Notes: a model not told the origin generated them from the letters alone. A DNA stretch of 64,000 nucleotides from Vicugna vicugna (GCA_013265495.1 MU058213.1:434001-498000), one strand, 5' to 3'; counted from the stretch's first letter, positions 1 to 13,609 are shown. Numbers and translations are program-made.

Positions 1-530
1 GGGTGAGCGCGCCGGGGGTGGGTGTGGGCCCACCCCCCGCCCCGGGCGAGATGCGGTCCGCAGTCCCCGGCCCGCAGCGCCGGGCGGCCGCGCCCTCCCT
101 GCCCGCCGGAGGATGCTCGGCGGCGTCGGCGTTCGGCCGGGCGGGCGCGCGGGACCGGGGCCGTCTCTGGCCTCCCCCGCCTGGCGGGCGGCGGGGAGGA
201 GAGCGCGGGGCAGGGCGGCGCGGGCGGGAGGCGCCCGCCGGGAGCGGTCCCACGCCCTGCACTGCGGCTCCGCCGCCTCTGCAGCCCCCGAGCCGCCGCA
301 GTGAGGGCGCGGTCTCCTGTCCTCCCCGAGCTGCGGGGCTGGGTTTTTCCACGCTGGGCTTTGTTCCCCACTTTCTCCTCTCCTGTGAACGTTTGACAAG
401 CTCCTGGAGCCTAATGCCTGTCATTGCAGCCTTAGAGCAGGCGACAGGGAAGGGTGGACTCCCGCTGGAGCTGTCACCCGCGGGGCGTTTCAGCCTCCGA
501 GAAAGCAGCGTTCCAAGAGCGGCCTGAAGC
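1..530. promoter_or_regulatory. TMOD2: CpG island at the TMOD2 5' end (promoter / non-coding exon 1 region); in human this island is shared head-to-head with LYSMD2
   Basis: Very GC/CpG-rich, with many GGGCGG/CCGCCC boxes. Candidate exon-1 donors are G|GTGAGC (GT at 3-4) and GCA|GTGAGG (GT at 301-302); which is used cannot be decided from sequence. The LYSMD2 link comes from human synteny only. Confidence 0.75.
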
Positions 531-1529
531 AGGTCCTGAGACTTCTCTTTTTTTTCCTGGTTAAAATAATGATAGCATTTGCTCCCTTGAGCCCTCCTAA
601 ATTTTATTCTGTTGACTTACAGAAATGAAGATTGATTTTTTAAATAATAACAACAACAACAACAACAATAATAATAGTGATAAGGGCTTCTAATGGGAAT
701 TTTGACTTAAGGTGTTCAGAGATGGGAAGGTGATGCAGGCAAAATGCAAATTAGCAGTGAAGGAGGCCGTAAATGCTACAGGCTTCCTTTTGCCTACTAA
801 ACATCTGAATCACCAGGTCCTTGATTGGGAAGGGAATGAAAAGAACATCGGAGCAGGTATTTATAAAACCCATTTCCAGCCTGAGCTCTTCCCTTAAGGA
901 GCTGAGGGATCCCAAGGGACAAGTCCCTTCGCGTCTCTTGGCCTCTTTCTCCATGTAAAATGGGGACATTCTGGCTAAATGATTTCTAAACCTCTGTTCT
1001 GCCAAGATTCTCATATCATGGAGCTGAAACGATGAGGGTGCTTCTGTTCAATAGCATTGCAAAAAGCCTGCTTGTGACAGAACAAGTGGCTTTACCCTAG
1101 TGAGGAGGTAAGATTTGTCAGGGCTTAGACTATCTGATTTAAAAAAAAAAACAAACAGATTTCCTCTATCTACGCTCTGCAGTCTAACCCAGTAAATATC
1201 ATTACAACTTTTTTAATTTTTGTAAATTACTCTAAATTGGTAGACAACATTCTGTGGGTTTTTTGTTTGTTTTTAATTTGCAGAAGGTGAAGTGATGGGA
1301 TTAGCAGGTAAACGAAGAAGCAGATGGCTCCCTAGGGCTGGGCAAGAGCTGTCAGATGTGGTCAGCAAGGAGGTAGTGAGGAAACTGCAGCAAGAAGTAA
1401 CCAGAGAGTACATCCACTGAGGAGAGAGAGAGGATGGGTACTGATGGGTCATTGTTTGAATTGCAAATACACAATAGAAGGCACAAGAGAACCAGAAAAC
1501 CAGTGCTGTGTAACCCGAACACAGGATTC

Positions 1530-1566
1530 ATAATAATAATAATAATAATAATAGCAATAATAATAA
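1530..1566 (+). repeat. (AAT)n microsatellite; a compound (AAT)/(AAC) tract is also at ~643-676
   Basis: Direct reading. Confidence 0.9.
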
Positions 1567-4500
1567 CAGGGCAAGGATTCATCCATGGGCACAAACCTTT
1601 GAGCAAAAGGTTGTTGGGGAACAGGATTTTCATGCTATTTCAAAGTATCTCACCACAGATTACCTGGGGGAAATGTGTGCTTACAGTGGGGAGGTGAGGA
1701 AGTCATCACTCTTAGCCTAATAATCAAGCTTACCAGCGCCTATGCTGAGTCTTCTGTTGGGATACAATAAGAAGGTCATAACTTCCCTGGTGCGGTGTTC
1801 CTGTCAGAAAGACAATGGGGCTGGGATATTGTAGATTAAAATATTTAACTGATACAACAACCAGTTGGAGTATGAGAACTTTGGATCCTAGATCAGGAAA
1901 AAAAAATAGCTATAAAAGATGAGTTGGAGACAACTGGGGAAATCTGAATATGGGCTGCATGCTAGATAATGTTATGGAATTACTTTAATTTTCTCAGGTG
2001 CAGTGTTGGTAGTGTGGTCGTGTAGGACACTGTTTTCTTTTGCGATGTGGGTATTAGAGACAAAGCATCATGACGTCTGCAACTTTCAGCTGACTTGGGG
2101 GAAAAAAACGTATAAGGGCATGGGAGCAAGCTCAGAAATGTAGCAAAACGATGACAGTTGGTGAATCAAAGAGAATGGAATACAGATGTTTCTTGTACTA
2201 TTCTTTTACCTTTTCTATATATTTGAACTTTTTGAATTAAAAATTGAGGTGATTAATAAAATAGATAGGTAATCAAAGAAAGGATTGGAGACGACCGTGT
2301 GGTTAGTGACAGGCAGCTGCAATGAATCTGTGAAGAACTCACAGTGAACCTGTGGCTTCAAGTCCCAAGATTTAAATCCTGTTGGAGGTGTGAGTGGGGT
2401 CAAGGGGAGTTCCCTTTTTTGGTTTGTCTTGGCTACTGTCAATCATTTATTCTTAAAACACCTCATCCCCTAACTCCAACCTCAAAGCATTAATAATCCC
2501 CAAACCTTATAAATGCTAACTCTACAACCATCCTGAAAGGGCTGTCCCTTTCCTCTCTGAGTTCAAGCTCTGCCCCAGTGCAGAAGGAAATTCCAAATGG
2601 GGGTTCTTTTTATTTTGAGTTAGGAGAGTGTTGGGGGAGAGAACTGATCCATCTTTTTGATAGAGGTTGTAGGATTTCCTCTCGTTTATTTGTAAATCAC
2701 ATACAACCAGGTGTTTTCCTAATAGACGTGAAGGGGCTCAAAGAAGCTCATAGAAGGCATGTGCAGAAGAGACTTCTTGTTGCCAGACCAAGAAAACCAA
2801 TTCTTAAGATATAACACAATTTTATACAGAACTTTTTACTGCTATGATGGTCTTCCTATACCTGAAATATATATACATATATAAATATGTATATATATGT
2901 GTGTATCTGCTTTCATGTTTTGACCCCCTGTTTTGGCATCAAGGCTACCCCATCTCTTCCATGTGTGTCGCCAGTATTTCTGGGTTTCCCTTGTGACAGC
3001 TGAGTAAAGTGGGAATGAGAAGGTCGGCTCTAGGACTGTGGGTAATAGGAGCTCATGAAACAGCCGTGCCACGCCTGGGCAGGAGGAGTAAGGAGCAAAT
3101 CTGGGGCACCAGCCCTGTGAAAGGACCAGGAGGCCTCTTGTCAGAGCAGTGGGCGGGGTCTAGAGTCCAGGGAGCTGGGCTGCTGTTCAGCCTGTATGTG
3201 CTGGGTCAGCCACCCCTGTTGTTTATAGCTGACACCCATTCTGATAGGGCAGTGCCCATTTCACACCAGTTAAACATTTTACGTATCATCTTGAAAAGCA
3301 GTCATGAGTCAAGGTACACATAGCACCCATAAGCCATAACAAAGCTTTAATCAAAACCTAAGTGGAAAGTTCTTTAGTTTTCTTTTTTCTTTTTAATTTG
3401 GACATCTAATATATTCCAATATTTTATGTACACTGTAGGAAAATTCTAGAATATGAAAAAGTCAAAAAGAGTAAAAAGACTTAGTCATGGGAAAAAAAAA
3501 AACCTAGGTGGCATACAGATGCCAGAGAAGGAGAGAAGATAGGTAGGCAAAGATTCATAAGCAGGCAGGTGCGTCACAAGACCAAAAGAGGAGACCCCGT
3601 AGTGCAGTGGGGAAGTGAGACGCCCACAGCTTCTCGAAGGCAAGATGATGGGACATGGCGAGTACAAATAGGCCGTTGAAAGCCAGAAAGACCCAGACAC
3701 CCAAGTGGAAGGCAAGGAGGTAGACAGAAGTCAAGAGACAGGAAGTCTTCAGAAAACAGAATAGGGCCAGACAAAGGGGTAGGGCAGCAACAAGAAGTAG
3801 GATCTGCCAGGAGAATTAGAAACCAGGTGGCTATCTAGGTAGGCGGTGAGACTTCCATGGCACAGCACTTCGGCCCCAGCAAGGAAGCTTCTTGGCAGCT
3901 GCTGCCCTGGTAGAAACCTATCTCCTACTTTGGCCCGCCTACACATGGCGACGTGCTATACCTGGCACTGCTGACCCAGGGCTCCGATGGGGTGCACCTC
4001 TCCACGTTCAGCAGATCCCAACAAGGATAACAGAGGTGCAAACAGCCCAGACAGAAGAGTATGCCCAGACCAAGGACTGAGGGCTTGCACGTGTCAGCTA
4101 CTGTGCCTGGTATACACGTCGTCACATTAGGCATCACCTCCACCTTCTGAGATAAGTACTCTTTGCCTGTTGTACAGAGGAAGGGACAGAGGCTTGGAAA
4201 GGCTGTCACTCGCACATGGATCTGTAAGCGTCAGGTCAGGGCTGGTTGACTCCAAGACCCATACTTCTAGTCTTCTGTGCTCTTCTGAACCTGGAATGGG
4301 AGGTTACTGGTGAGCACATTGTTTTAAAAGGAGCCTGTTTTTAAGCACAGTTGGAGTTCTGGCAGTTTTTATGTTACTAGATCGGGAAGTCAAGAACAAA
4401 GAGTCTCAGATACAAACTCTTCATTCTGGTAAGACCCGTTCCTCATTCCTCGTTCACTTTGCCCCTTCCAATTGCCTTCTCATATTTTTTTGCCTGAAAT

Positions 4501-6279
4501 TCCTCCTTATCACGCCCCATTCTCTGTCCTTCATCTCCTGCAAGTATTTCCAAGAATATGGCAGGAGCCATTTGGTCATTTTAGAAAAGAAACAGACCGG
4601 AATGGGCCATCTTCGAATAGCTAGATCCCAAAACACAGGCTGTGTGTTTTGTACACATCTTTGTATGTGTCTGCAGCTAGAAAGGAATTAAATATGTAGG
4701 ATCGATTCATGTTTTGTTGGAGGATGTATTTATAAACTGATTTTGTTCTAATTTACTAGTTGTAGAAAATGTAGATTTGGCTCTTGTGCAAACTGGTTCA
4801 CTGATTGTTTACAAATTATTATAAAATATTGACAAGATGTAATAAAGAATAATAACTTCCTAATGACTGACTACCCTACTTGGAATTAAATCATCACCAG
4901 TGTCCTGGAAGCCCAAGGCCGCCTTCTCCAACTGAATCCCCCTCCGCTCCCACAGTGGTATCTGTCCTTTCCACGTGCAGCCCTCGGAAGCTTTCCCAGA
5001 TATGTATGCACTCCAAAGCAATTTATGGCATTGTTTTGCCCATTGAAAAACCTTTTCGCTGGGTTTTATGAGTGTTTTTTGTTCACTCTTTCGTAAAAAT
5101 TGGTCTTTGGTTTGTAGCGGGTGCAATAAATAGGGCTGCCCGTTTTAGCTTTGGTTCTAAGTCTGTGCTTAGGCAGGGCCAACGGCTGGGCACTTCATGT
5201 TGTGTCTGAGTGTCCTCTTTCATGCGACAGTTGTACAAATAAGGTAGTGGAGAGGGAAGCAAAGAAAGCCACACGCCTTGTATCCCCCCTCAGGGCTCAT
5301 ATCTTTGGGTGACAGGAAGAGTTATTAGAAGGCCCAGGTCATCCTTCCTTCAGCTCAAGTCCTTGCTCCTGTTTTCCGTTTCCCTAACCGGCTGGTGAAC
5401 ATGCCCACCTGGACTCCTGGAAGCCCTGTTTGGCAGTTGCTTTATTCCAGTGTATACATTAATCTCTTGTTGCGTGTTGAGAGCTTGCCACCAGACAGAC
5501 ACTGTGTCGGAGGTGAGACTGCAGCAGTGCTTTGCAGACTTTCCACTGCGGCATCACTAACAGGAGGAGAGGGCAAATATGAACCCTTGAGGGCCTGGGT
5601 GGGGGCTAAAGTAGGCCAGCCATGAGCCAGAAACCTGTGATTTGACTTTAAAAGCTATATGAATTGTATATTCACATGTATCTGTATTTGTTATTAAAAA
5701 ATAAAACCAGCTTTCCCCCAGACCTTCAGGTCAACGTTGTGCTCCAGGGGGGTGGACTATTTTTGTTTCCTCCTCTGGCTTTGAGACCCCCTGAAGTATT
5801 GACACAACATTTGCAGTTTGTTTTAACAGGCACTGTTGTGTAGTATGAATGTGTTATTGTAACTTCTGAATGTCTCTCTCACTGCTAAACTGTAAGCTCG
5901 GTTAGGGCACAAGCTGTCATCTGTTTTGTTCACTGCTCTTGTCCCAGCAGTGTCTGGAACAGGTGGGCTTTCAATAGATGTGTGTTAAATGAGCTTGAGA
6001 AGCCCAGGAACATGAGTGACGCCATCATCCCTGTCCCTGAGCGTCTGCGGTGTAGCTGGAGAGAGAACCATTTATGGAGCATACATGCAAAATATTGAGA
6101 GAGAGGGGTGGGCACCTGACTGGTGACATAGGCAACGTGAATTTAGGAAGCAGAGCAACTTCTCTTGGCTTCGGTGGCCTTACAAAGTTCCAAGACAAAG
6201 AGTGGAGGCTGTGGCTATGGTGGAATGAGCACTGTGGGTCCCTTCACCTCTCTGAGCTCATTTCCTTCCTTTGACGTTT

Positions 6280-7330
6280 GTTGCACAGTATTTATTGGAT
6301 GCCTACTCTGGATCAAGACCTGTGCCGGGAGCCAGGATTATAACACTGGCTAAAACTGATACAGTCCCCACCCTCACAGAAATTAGCAAGGAAGGCAGAG
6401 ACAAAACAGGAAATTGTAATAAAATCAGGGAGCGCTCTGATCAAGGGGTATGCCACCGGGTACAGACCTGTCTAGGGGTCTGAACAAGGCCTCTCTGAGG
6501 AATTGAAGCTTCCGTTGAGCCTGGAAAATGAGTAGGTTAGCAGTAAGGCAGAGGAAGAGAGAATAAGAGTGCTCTGAGCAGAGGAGATGACATAAGGCAT
6601 GATCCAGGAATTGGAAGTGGTCCAGGAGGCTGGAGCCAGGAGGAGATGGGGAGAGTGCAGTGCAGGATGAGGCTGATGAGAATGACAGAGGCCAGACTGT
6701 GAACTTGAACCTTATCCTTAAGGCAAAGGGAAGCCCCTGGAGGATTTTAAGTAACTAGAGCAGAGTTGTTTAAAAAGATCACTTTGGCCATTTGTATAGA
6801 GAATAGATCTGAGTGGACTAAGGCTGGATGTGGTGGTGCAACAATGAGTGAAGAAGGTAGATTCTCAACATGTTTAGGTAAAGCCTGGATTTCGTGATTG
6901 ATGGGTGGAGAGCAGACAAGAAAGAGAAGGTGTCAAGGATGGCTCCCTGGTTTCTTGGCCAAATTCCCGAAATTGGGAATTCCAGAGGAGGAGAAGCTAT
7001 TTGGAAGGAAAGATGATGTGTGAGTACTTCTGACATTTGAGGTTCCTGATTCAGCGAAGCAGAGATGTTGATTTGGCAGTGGAAATATGTGGATCTAGCC
7101 CCCAAGGAACAAAGTCTGGAACAAAGGTAGGGATTTGGGGTTCTTCGGGATATGGATTATAATTAAAACTTTGGAGGGGATGCGTTTCCCCAGGGAGGAT
7201 GCGTAGTGTAAGAAAAGAAATGCTAAGACAGGATCTTGTAACACACCAGTATTTAAGGTAGAGAAAGAAGAATTGCCAAAAGAGACCAAAAAGGAGTGAT
7301 CAGAGAAGTGGGAGAAAAACCATCTATGCT
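6280..7330 (-). mobile_element. L2 LINE fragment
   Basis: Antisense L2 3' end (TATTTATTGGATGCCTAC..) followed by typical purine-rich L2 body. Confidence 0.6.
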
Positions 7331-7898
7331 GCTGGACTGGATGATCTTTAAGGCCTCACTCAGCCCTGACCTTCTGTGGTCCTGCAGAGCTGGGATCTGA
7401 GCCAGGCCTCAGAAGCAGAGCTCATGGATAGGCCACGAGAACACAGAAGGGCATTCCAAGTAGTCTTACTATATCAGCCAAGGTCCCAACAAGAAACAGA
7501 GGACACACTCAAACTGAATAATTTGAGGGAACTTTCATCAAGAGGCTATTTACAAAGTTGTAAATGGTTTGAGGAATCCAACAAGGCAGAAATCTGGCAC
7601 TAGCCACACAGAGACCCTTCACCACCCCCAGGCCTGAAATCAGCGAGGCGGAGGCAAGAGGATGGAGAGGGCTTCCTGGCAGGCGATGTAGCCTCCCTCT
7701 CCCCCTGCCCTCCAGTTTCCTGCTAGTGCCTCCTGTTGGCCAAACAGAAGCCAGAGAGCAAGGAAGCCCATGGATGCAGTGTAAATACATCATCTTCCGG
7801 GGACACGGAGCAGGGTGGGGAGTGAATGGGGAGGGGAGGAGCAAACGAGCTATCCAGAGCAATTACCTTGGGAAGTAGAAGTTTATAACTAAGACAGC

Positions 7899-8345
7899 AC
7901 ATTAGTTTCCTACTGCTGCTGTCACGGATTCAGGGGCTTAAAATGACACAGATTTATTATTGCGCAGTTTTGGAGATCAGAAGTCCAAAGCAGGTTCCAC
8001 TGGGCTAAAATCATGGTGTCAGTAGGACTGCATTCTTTTTGGGAGGCTCTAAGGGAAAGGTCCTTTCCAGGCCTTTTCCAGCTCCTAGAGGCCGCTCCCT
8101 GCATCTTCAAAGCCAGCAACTGCATCACCCTGTCCCTCTGCTTCCGTCTTCTGCCTTCCTCTTCCATCTTTTAAGAACCCTTGTGATTCCATTGGACCCA
8201 CCCAGATAATCCAAGATAGTCTCCCTAATTTAAGATCCTTGCTTTAATCACTCCTGCTCCCTTTTGCCATTTAAAATAACATATTCCCAGGTTCTGGGAA
8301 TTCGCATGTGGACCTCTTTAGGGGGCCATTATTCTGCCGACCACA
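7899..8345 (-). mobile_element. MaLR LTR (MLT1C/D-like)
   Basis: Terminus GGGGGCCATTATTCTGCCGACCACA and internal GGGCTAAAATCATGGTGTCAG..CTTCAAAGCCAGCAA. Confidence 0.75.
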
Positions 8346-8999
8346 GAGAGCCAATGAACCCTTTTGACGAGACTGGAGAAAAGTAATGAAGCCAGAAAAG
8401 TGCAGATCAAAGCCAAATCATGGGAGTCTGGGATGCTAGACTGTCTGAATTTCATTCTGTAGACAAGAGGGAGCCATTGTAAGTCCTTACCCAGCGAAGT
8501 GGCTTGTTAGCAGTGTTAAGAAAGATGATCTGATCGTGGTACTCTGGGTGGCTTAGAGCAAAGAATGGAATCCTTTCAAGATGCAATGAGAGGACTCCAT
8601 GTCCAAAGGAACAAAGGTCTAAAACAAGAGTGACAGGAAGGGCTGGTGTGAAAAGTGCCGTGTGGTAAGAATCCCCTGGAGGTGCTAACCGACCTGACGT
8701 AGGGAGAAGGGGAAGAACCTCATGTGGTCTGAGTTTTGGAAGTGACTGACTGGTAGAAGGATAGTATGATCTAGAAAACCAAGAGAGTCTGTTTCAGGGG
8801 AAGATAAGGAGTTGAGGTACAGTTGTAGAATCCTGGAATAGAAATACAGGTAGAATCTTACCAACTCGAAGATACCAGTGATTGTGAAATATACCAATAT
8901 TTTACGTATTGCTGAGAAAAAAAAATGCTGCCAATTAAAGTGTAATTTTTTACTTTATTGAAGAGCTGTTTTAGACTTACAAAGATTTTTGAAATCTTT

Positions 9000-9450
9000 T
9001 AATCAACATACAATAAATCGCATATATTTAAAGTGATATAGTTTGATAGGTTTTGACATATGCCTATGAAGCAATCACCACAGTCAAGGTTGTGAACATA
9101 CACAACCCCCCCAAAAGTTTCCTCAGGCCCCTACATAATCCTCGCTCTTCCCCTCCCTAAGCAACTCCTGATTTGCTTTCTGTCATTTAGACCAATTTAC
9201 ATTTTCTAGAATTTAGGCAAATGGAATCATGCCACATACATTCTTTTTGGTGTAGCTTCTTTCATTCAGTATAATTGTTTTGAGTTTCATCCACATTGCT
9301 GTGTGTATCAAGAGTTCATTCCTTTTTATTTCTGACTAGATTCCATTATGTGGATGTATCACAATTTGTTTATCCACTCACACCCTAAGGATCATTTGGA
9401 TTGTTTACAGTTTTGGCTATTACAAATGAAGCTGCTATGAATACACATAG
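9000..9450 (-). mobile_element. L1M(B)-type 3' fragment
   Basis: Antisense L1 3' UTR motifs (AATGGAATCAT.., CACAATTTGTTTATCCACTCAC.., TTTTGGCTATTACAAATGAAGCTGCTATGAA). Confidence 0.7.
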
Positions 9451-11857
9451 ATTTTTTGAAATCATATATTACCTCTGTGCATACATTTGAAAAAAGAGGG
9501 GGAATGGAAGTGAAATGAATTGGTTAATATTGTTAAAGCTTCTTCATGTTTGGATTCCAACTTTTTGAATCTCTTATTGACTCACATTCATCGGTGCTTT
9601 GTTTTTTTCCACACAGTATCTCTTCTGTGCCATCAAGAGTGGTAATTTTTAAAAATCTGAACTAAAACCTTTCTTGTTGGCTCTTAAACCCACTCCGTAC
9701 ATTCTGTGGACCTGACCTAACCTGGACCTTCCTTTGGGAGGGATGCTACACACCACCTGAATCACTACCTCTACTACTCCCTCCCCACTAGTTTTTTTTA
9801 AAGAGTGTTCCACTATATTTTTAAAAATCCCTGGGATATTTTCCAAATCCCTGACTCCCATTTCGCTTGTTTCGAGGCTGGTGATTTTGATATTTACACA
9901 TATGTAGGCAATGACAAGTGTATCTTGACTGCTGCTGGGTCAGCAATAATTGAAGACCATCAGTTGTAGAACACACCTCAAATTTCAGAGCGTTAAGTGT
10001 GGGAAACTGTGCATCTTAGGAGCTATTGGACAGGGTAGTCCAACCAGGTCATTTGATGGCTAACAGCCTGGCAGATTGAGATCCTTGTCCAAAGTCACAC
10101 AATAAATCAGTAGTAGCTGGGACCAGAACAAAGTGTGTATGATCCAGTTGGTTTCTCTGACTTTAGTGGAATGGGAGCTTTTTGTTTGTTGTTTTTGTTT
10201 TTGTTTTTGTTTTTACTGGAATATCGCAATTGGAGCTGAAAAGAAGGTGGGCTGATGGGAGGGAAAGAGAGTTACATTGTATGAGGAAAAAACACGAAAA
10301 TAGAAAACCACAAGCTTGAACATAGTGAGCAGTTGAAGTAAGGAGAAAGGAACAACCTTCTAATAGCTCTTAAGTGGCCCGCCTACAACTAATCTCTTTC
10401 CATGACAACCCATCTTTCATTCTTACTGTTTGAATTGCCTTATTAGAAACTGGGCTTCTCAGACCATTCCTCCACTTTAAAAATTTGTAGTGGCTCCCAT
10501 CTCCAACGGAATAAAGCCCATAGGGAAAGGCCTTCCCAGATGTCCCTTCCTGTCTTTAGTTCTTTTCTCCCCGCTGCCCCTCCTCAACATGGTCCTCTCT
10601 AGTCACACCAGCCATTCAGCATCACCTCCTATGCTTTATCTTTGTGCCTTTGTTTATGCTGTTCTCTTTTCCTGGAAGGACCCTCCCCTGCCCACATCCA
10701 CCTTATGACCTCTTCCTTCACAGTTCAAACACAGCCTCTTTCACAGTTGCCCCTCAAACTCCCCTTATCCAATGATTATTTCCTCATGTGTTTTAAGCCT
10801 GTGTTAGACCATAGCACTCTTCAGGTGGTGGTATCCCTTTTTGTGTGTCTCACTAAGCTGTGATCTCCGTGGGGGAGGGGCCATATCTTGCTGATCTGTG
10901 TATTCCTGTTTTCTAGAACCATGCCTGGCAAACAGTAGGTATATGGCAAGGATTAATTGCTTTGAAAGATCAGCTTGATGTTGATATGGCCAGAGGAGAA
11001 ACACAATCGGTTAAGCACATTGGTATTTCCTGAATAAAGTATTCTCTTTCTAGGGACGATCTGTAAAAGGCTCTACAAGAAGAAAGGGGTTGGGTAAAAA
11101 TTTCATTTAGTGTGGAAGTTTAGAAATAAGGTAGTGTAAAAGGAGGAGGTTGAAAAAAAGAATGGACTCAGGGTATAAAGAATCAGAGAGGGTGTCTAAA
11201 GAAACAGAAAGGAAATGGGGCTAGAAAGAGAAGAGTGGAGACAGTAGCCAGGCTTTTAGACTCTGACTTAGTTTAATCACAGAGGAGTTTCTCGACAATG
11301 CTTTCTCACATGGACGTTCCAAACTCTCTTTCCTGAATGAACCCCATTCTGTATTCTTCACATCACTCTCCCTCTGAAAAGACACAAGTATGCTTCTTAC
11401 AACTGCCGTACAATTAGTGCATTGTTCTTCATTATTTTCTGTGGAAAGCAGGGGGAGGCAGAGTAGTATGGTGGAAAGGCACTCACTACACAGGGACTCC
11501 GAGGGCCTGGCACATCCCAGCTCTGGGGCCTCGAGCTAGGCTCTCAGCCACTCTGACCCCAGAATCTTCATCTGTGAAAATGGGATATTGATACCTGTCC
11601 AGGCTTCCTTTCCAGGTCATTGTAAAGATCAAAATAAGTGAAATAATAAATATGGAAACACTTTGTAAGCGGTCGGGCTGCCCTGCAAATGAAGGTAATA
11701 TTACTTACTTTGTTAGACTATCTGTCTAGAGGAAAGACTCCATGGGCAGGTAGCATAGCCCTGTCTCCTGCTAATAGGCTCTGTTTACAGAAAGGAGATA
11801 GCAGTGTTTCTTTCTTCCTAGTAGTATTCTGAAGTCTCCAGAAGCTGGCACGTTTAA

Positions 11858-11887
11858 ATGTTCATGGCCCGTGAGAAAGGCGTGTAA
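11858..11887 (+). promoter_or_regulatory. Upstream ORF in the TMOD2 5' UTR (MFMAREKGV*)
   Basis: ATG TTC ATG GCC CGT GAG AAA GGC GTG TAA; in frame with, and ending 6 nt before, the main ATG. Confidence 0.6.
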
Positions 11888-11893
11888 GAGACC

Positions 11894-12019
11894 ATGGCGC
11901 TCCCTTTTCAAAAAGAGCTGGAGAAATACAAGAACATTGATGAAGATGAGCTTCTTGGCAAACTCTCAGAAGAGGAACTAAAACAGTTGGAAAATGTCCT
12001 TGACGACCTAGATCCTGAG
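11894..12019 (+). CDS. TMOD2: Tropomodulin-2, first coding exon (exon 2), MALPFQKELEKY...LDPE
   Basis: Strong Kozak context accATGg; translation matches the TMOD2 N-terminus; donor GAG|GTTAGT at 12020; acceptor ttcttccTAG/TAG at 11819-11824. 126 nt. Confidence 0.98.
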
Positions 12020-13301
12020 GTTAGTGACCTAGAACTGACGCAGTTAATGGCAGGATGGGGTAAACGGTGTGGTGCCATCCGTAAACAGTAGTGTGGATCC
12101 CTCGGCTCCACGTGCAAGTTCTGTGCTCTTCCCTGATTAGCTCTGGGTCACTTACTTTTAAAAACCCATGGAGAGCCTCGGCAGCCACATCTATGGTATG
12201 ACATGGCAATTACACTTCTCAAAAGCCAGTTAATGTAAATGGGGGAAATATTTTCCCATTGGCTGAAGAAGGACTAATCTGACTTAGGGAATACGAAAGG
12301 AAAGAGGGAAAGGACATACGCTCTGCTGGGCCCAAAAGTCCTTGAGATAAATTGTATGATCCTTGTTTCGTAAATGAGGGGACAGACCAGGGACAGTAAT
12401 TTACGTTAAGATCCCACACTGGCAAATGTCAGAGATAGTATTTAAACCAAGTCTTTAACCCTGAAAGCAGATCTTTTTTAGAGCTTGTTTCTTTAACGTG
12501 TATAAGTGACTTGAAATCTTTGGTGCTCTCACAACAGTGGCTAGATTAGAATAACTAACTGTCATATCAAGTAAATTTAAATGGAGCTTCTCATATTTTT
12601 TTGAGCTCCTGAAAAGGTAAATAGCTTGTCAAAGTGTTTGTTTAGCAAGCACTTTTCTTCAGCCCTGCTAGTATTATCTCACACTTAGAATCAGAGGTAC
12701 ATAAAATGGTGATTCTACTATAAATAAAAATATCACTAAAATATTTATATGATATTCTATTATGCCAGATAATTTAGATATTGTATTTACTTTAAAAAAT
12801 GCAAGTGTCTTGTTTTTATTTTTTAAACTTGAGAAAGGAACCTCTAAGTTTAATCAAGCAGGTATCAACATCTACCCTAAAATTCACTTCCCAGCTTGGA
12901 TGTTTCCTAGGAGAGAGGTTAGAAATAAAAGAGTATGGTATACATGTCTGCCTGGGAGCACGTTGGGTGCAGACTTGGTCAAACCTAAGTGGGATCTATG
13001 AGGAAAGAGGCTGTGCAGGGTGGCTGACCTTATGCTGCCACATTCTAGAAGGCATGTGCAGGAGACTGAGGCTGCTCCAGCCATCTGTGTTCTGCCTGAG
13101 CTCATTGGGAGCCTCCTCTTAGCACAGGACGTTAGAGCCAGTAGGACCTCAGAGATATGCCAAAACCCAGCCCTCAGCTCACCGCACATCTCTGCACCGG
13201 TGTCCTCTCCATGCTTCCCCATGCCCAGCAGGGGTAGGGGAGGTAGCAAAGTATCAGGCAGGCAGACACCTTCCTTCCTGCTCACACCGCTGTCTTGTCA
13301 G

Positions 13302-13458
13302 AGCGCACTGCTGCCAGCTGGATTTCGGCAGAGAGACCAGACCCAGAAAGCAGCCACCGGCCCGTTTGACCGTGAGCACCTCCTCATGTACCTGGAGAAG
13401 GAGGCTCTGGAACAGAAAGACAGGGAGGACTTTGTGCCCTTCACCGGGGAAAAGAAAG
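13302..13458 (+). CDS. TMOD2: Tropomodulin-2 exon 3, SALLPAGFRQRDQTQKAATGPFDREHLL...GEKKG
   Basis: Acceptor tcttgtcAG|, donor AAG|GTAAGG, 157 nt; tropomodulin motif LPAGxRQ...TGPFDR. Confidence 0.98.
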
Positions 13459-13609
13459 GTAAGGACCCCAGGCAGCACATCTGGGGACGTGGGTTCTCCT
13501 AATGTGTCGTCGTGGAGGGTCAAGCAAGGGAACTTGCCTGAAGGTGGGAAATAAGCCCACGAACTGGGTTCAGTATTAGAATCATGGCGGTGGATACATG
13601 TTGGTAGAC

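Noticed and set aside
3..527. 174-aa and overlapping ORFs in the 5' GC-rich region
   Set aside because: Low-complexity Pro/Gly/Arg/Ala ORFs expected from stop-codon scarcity in a CpG island; no recognisable domain.
13020..13502. 160-aa ORF spanning exon 3
   Set aside because: Only 13302-13458 is TMOD2-like; the flanks are intron that happens to stay open.
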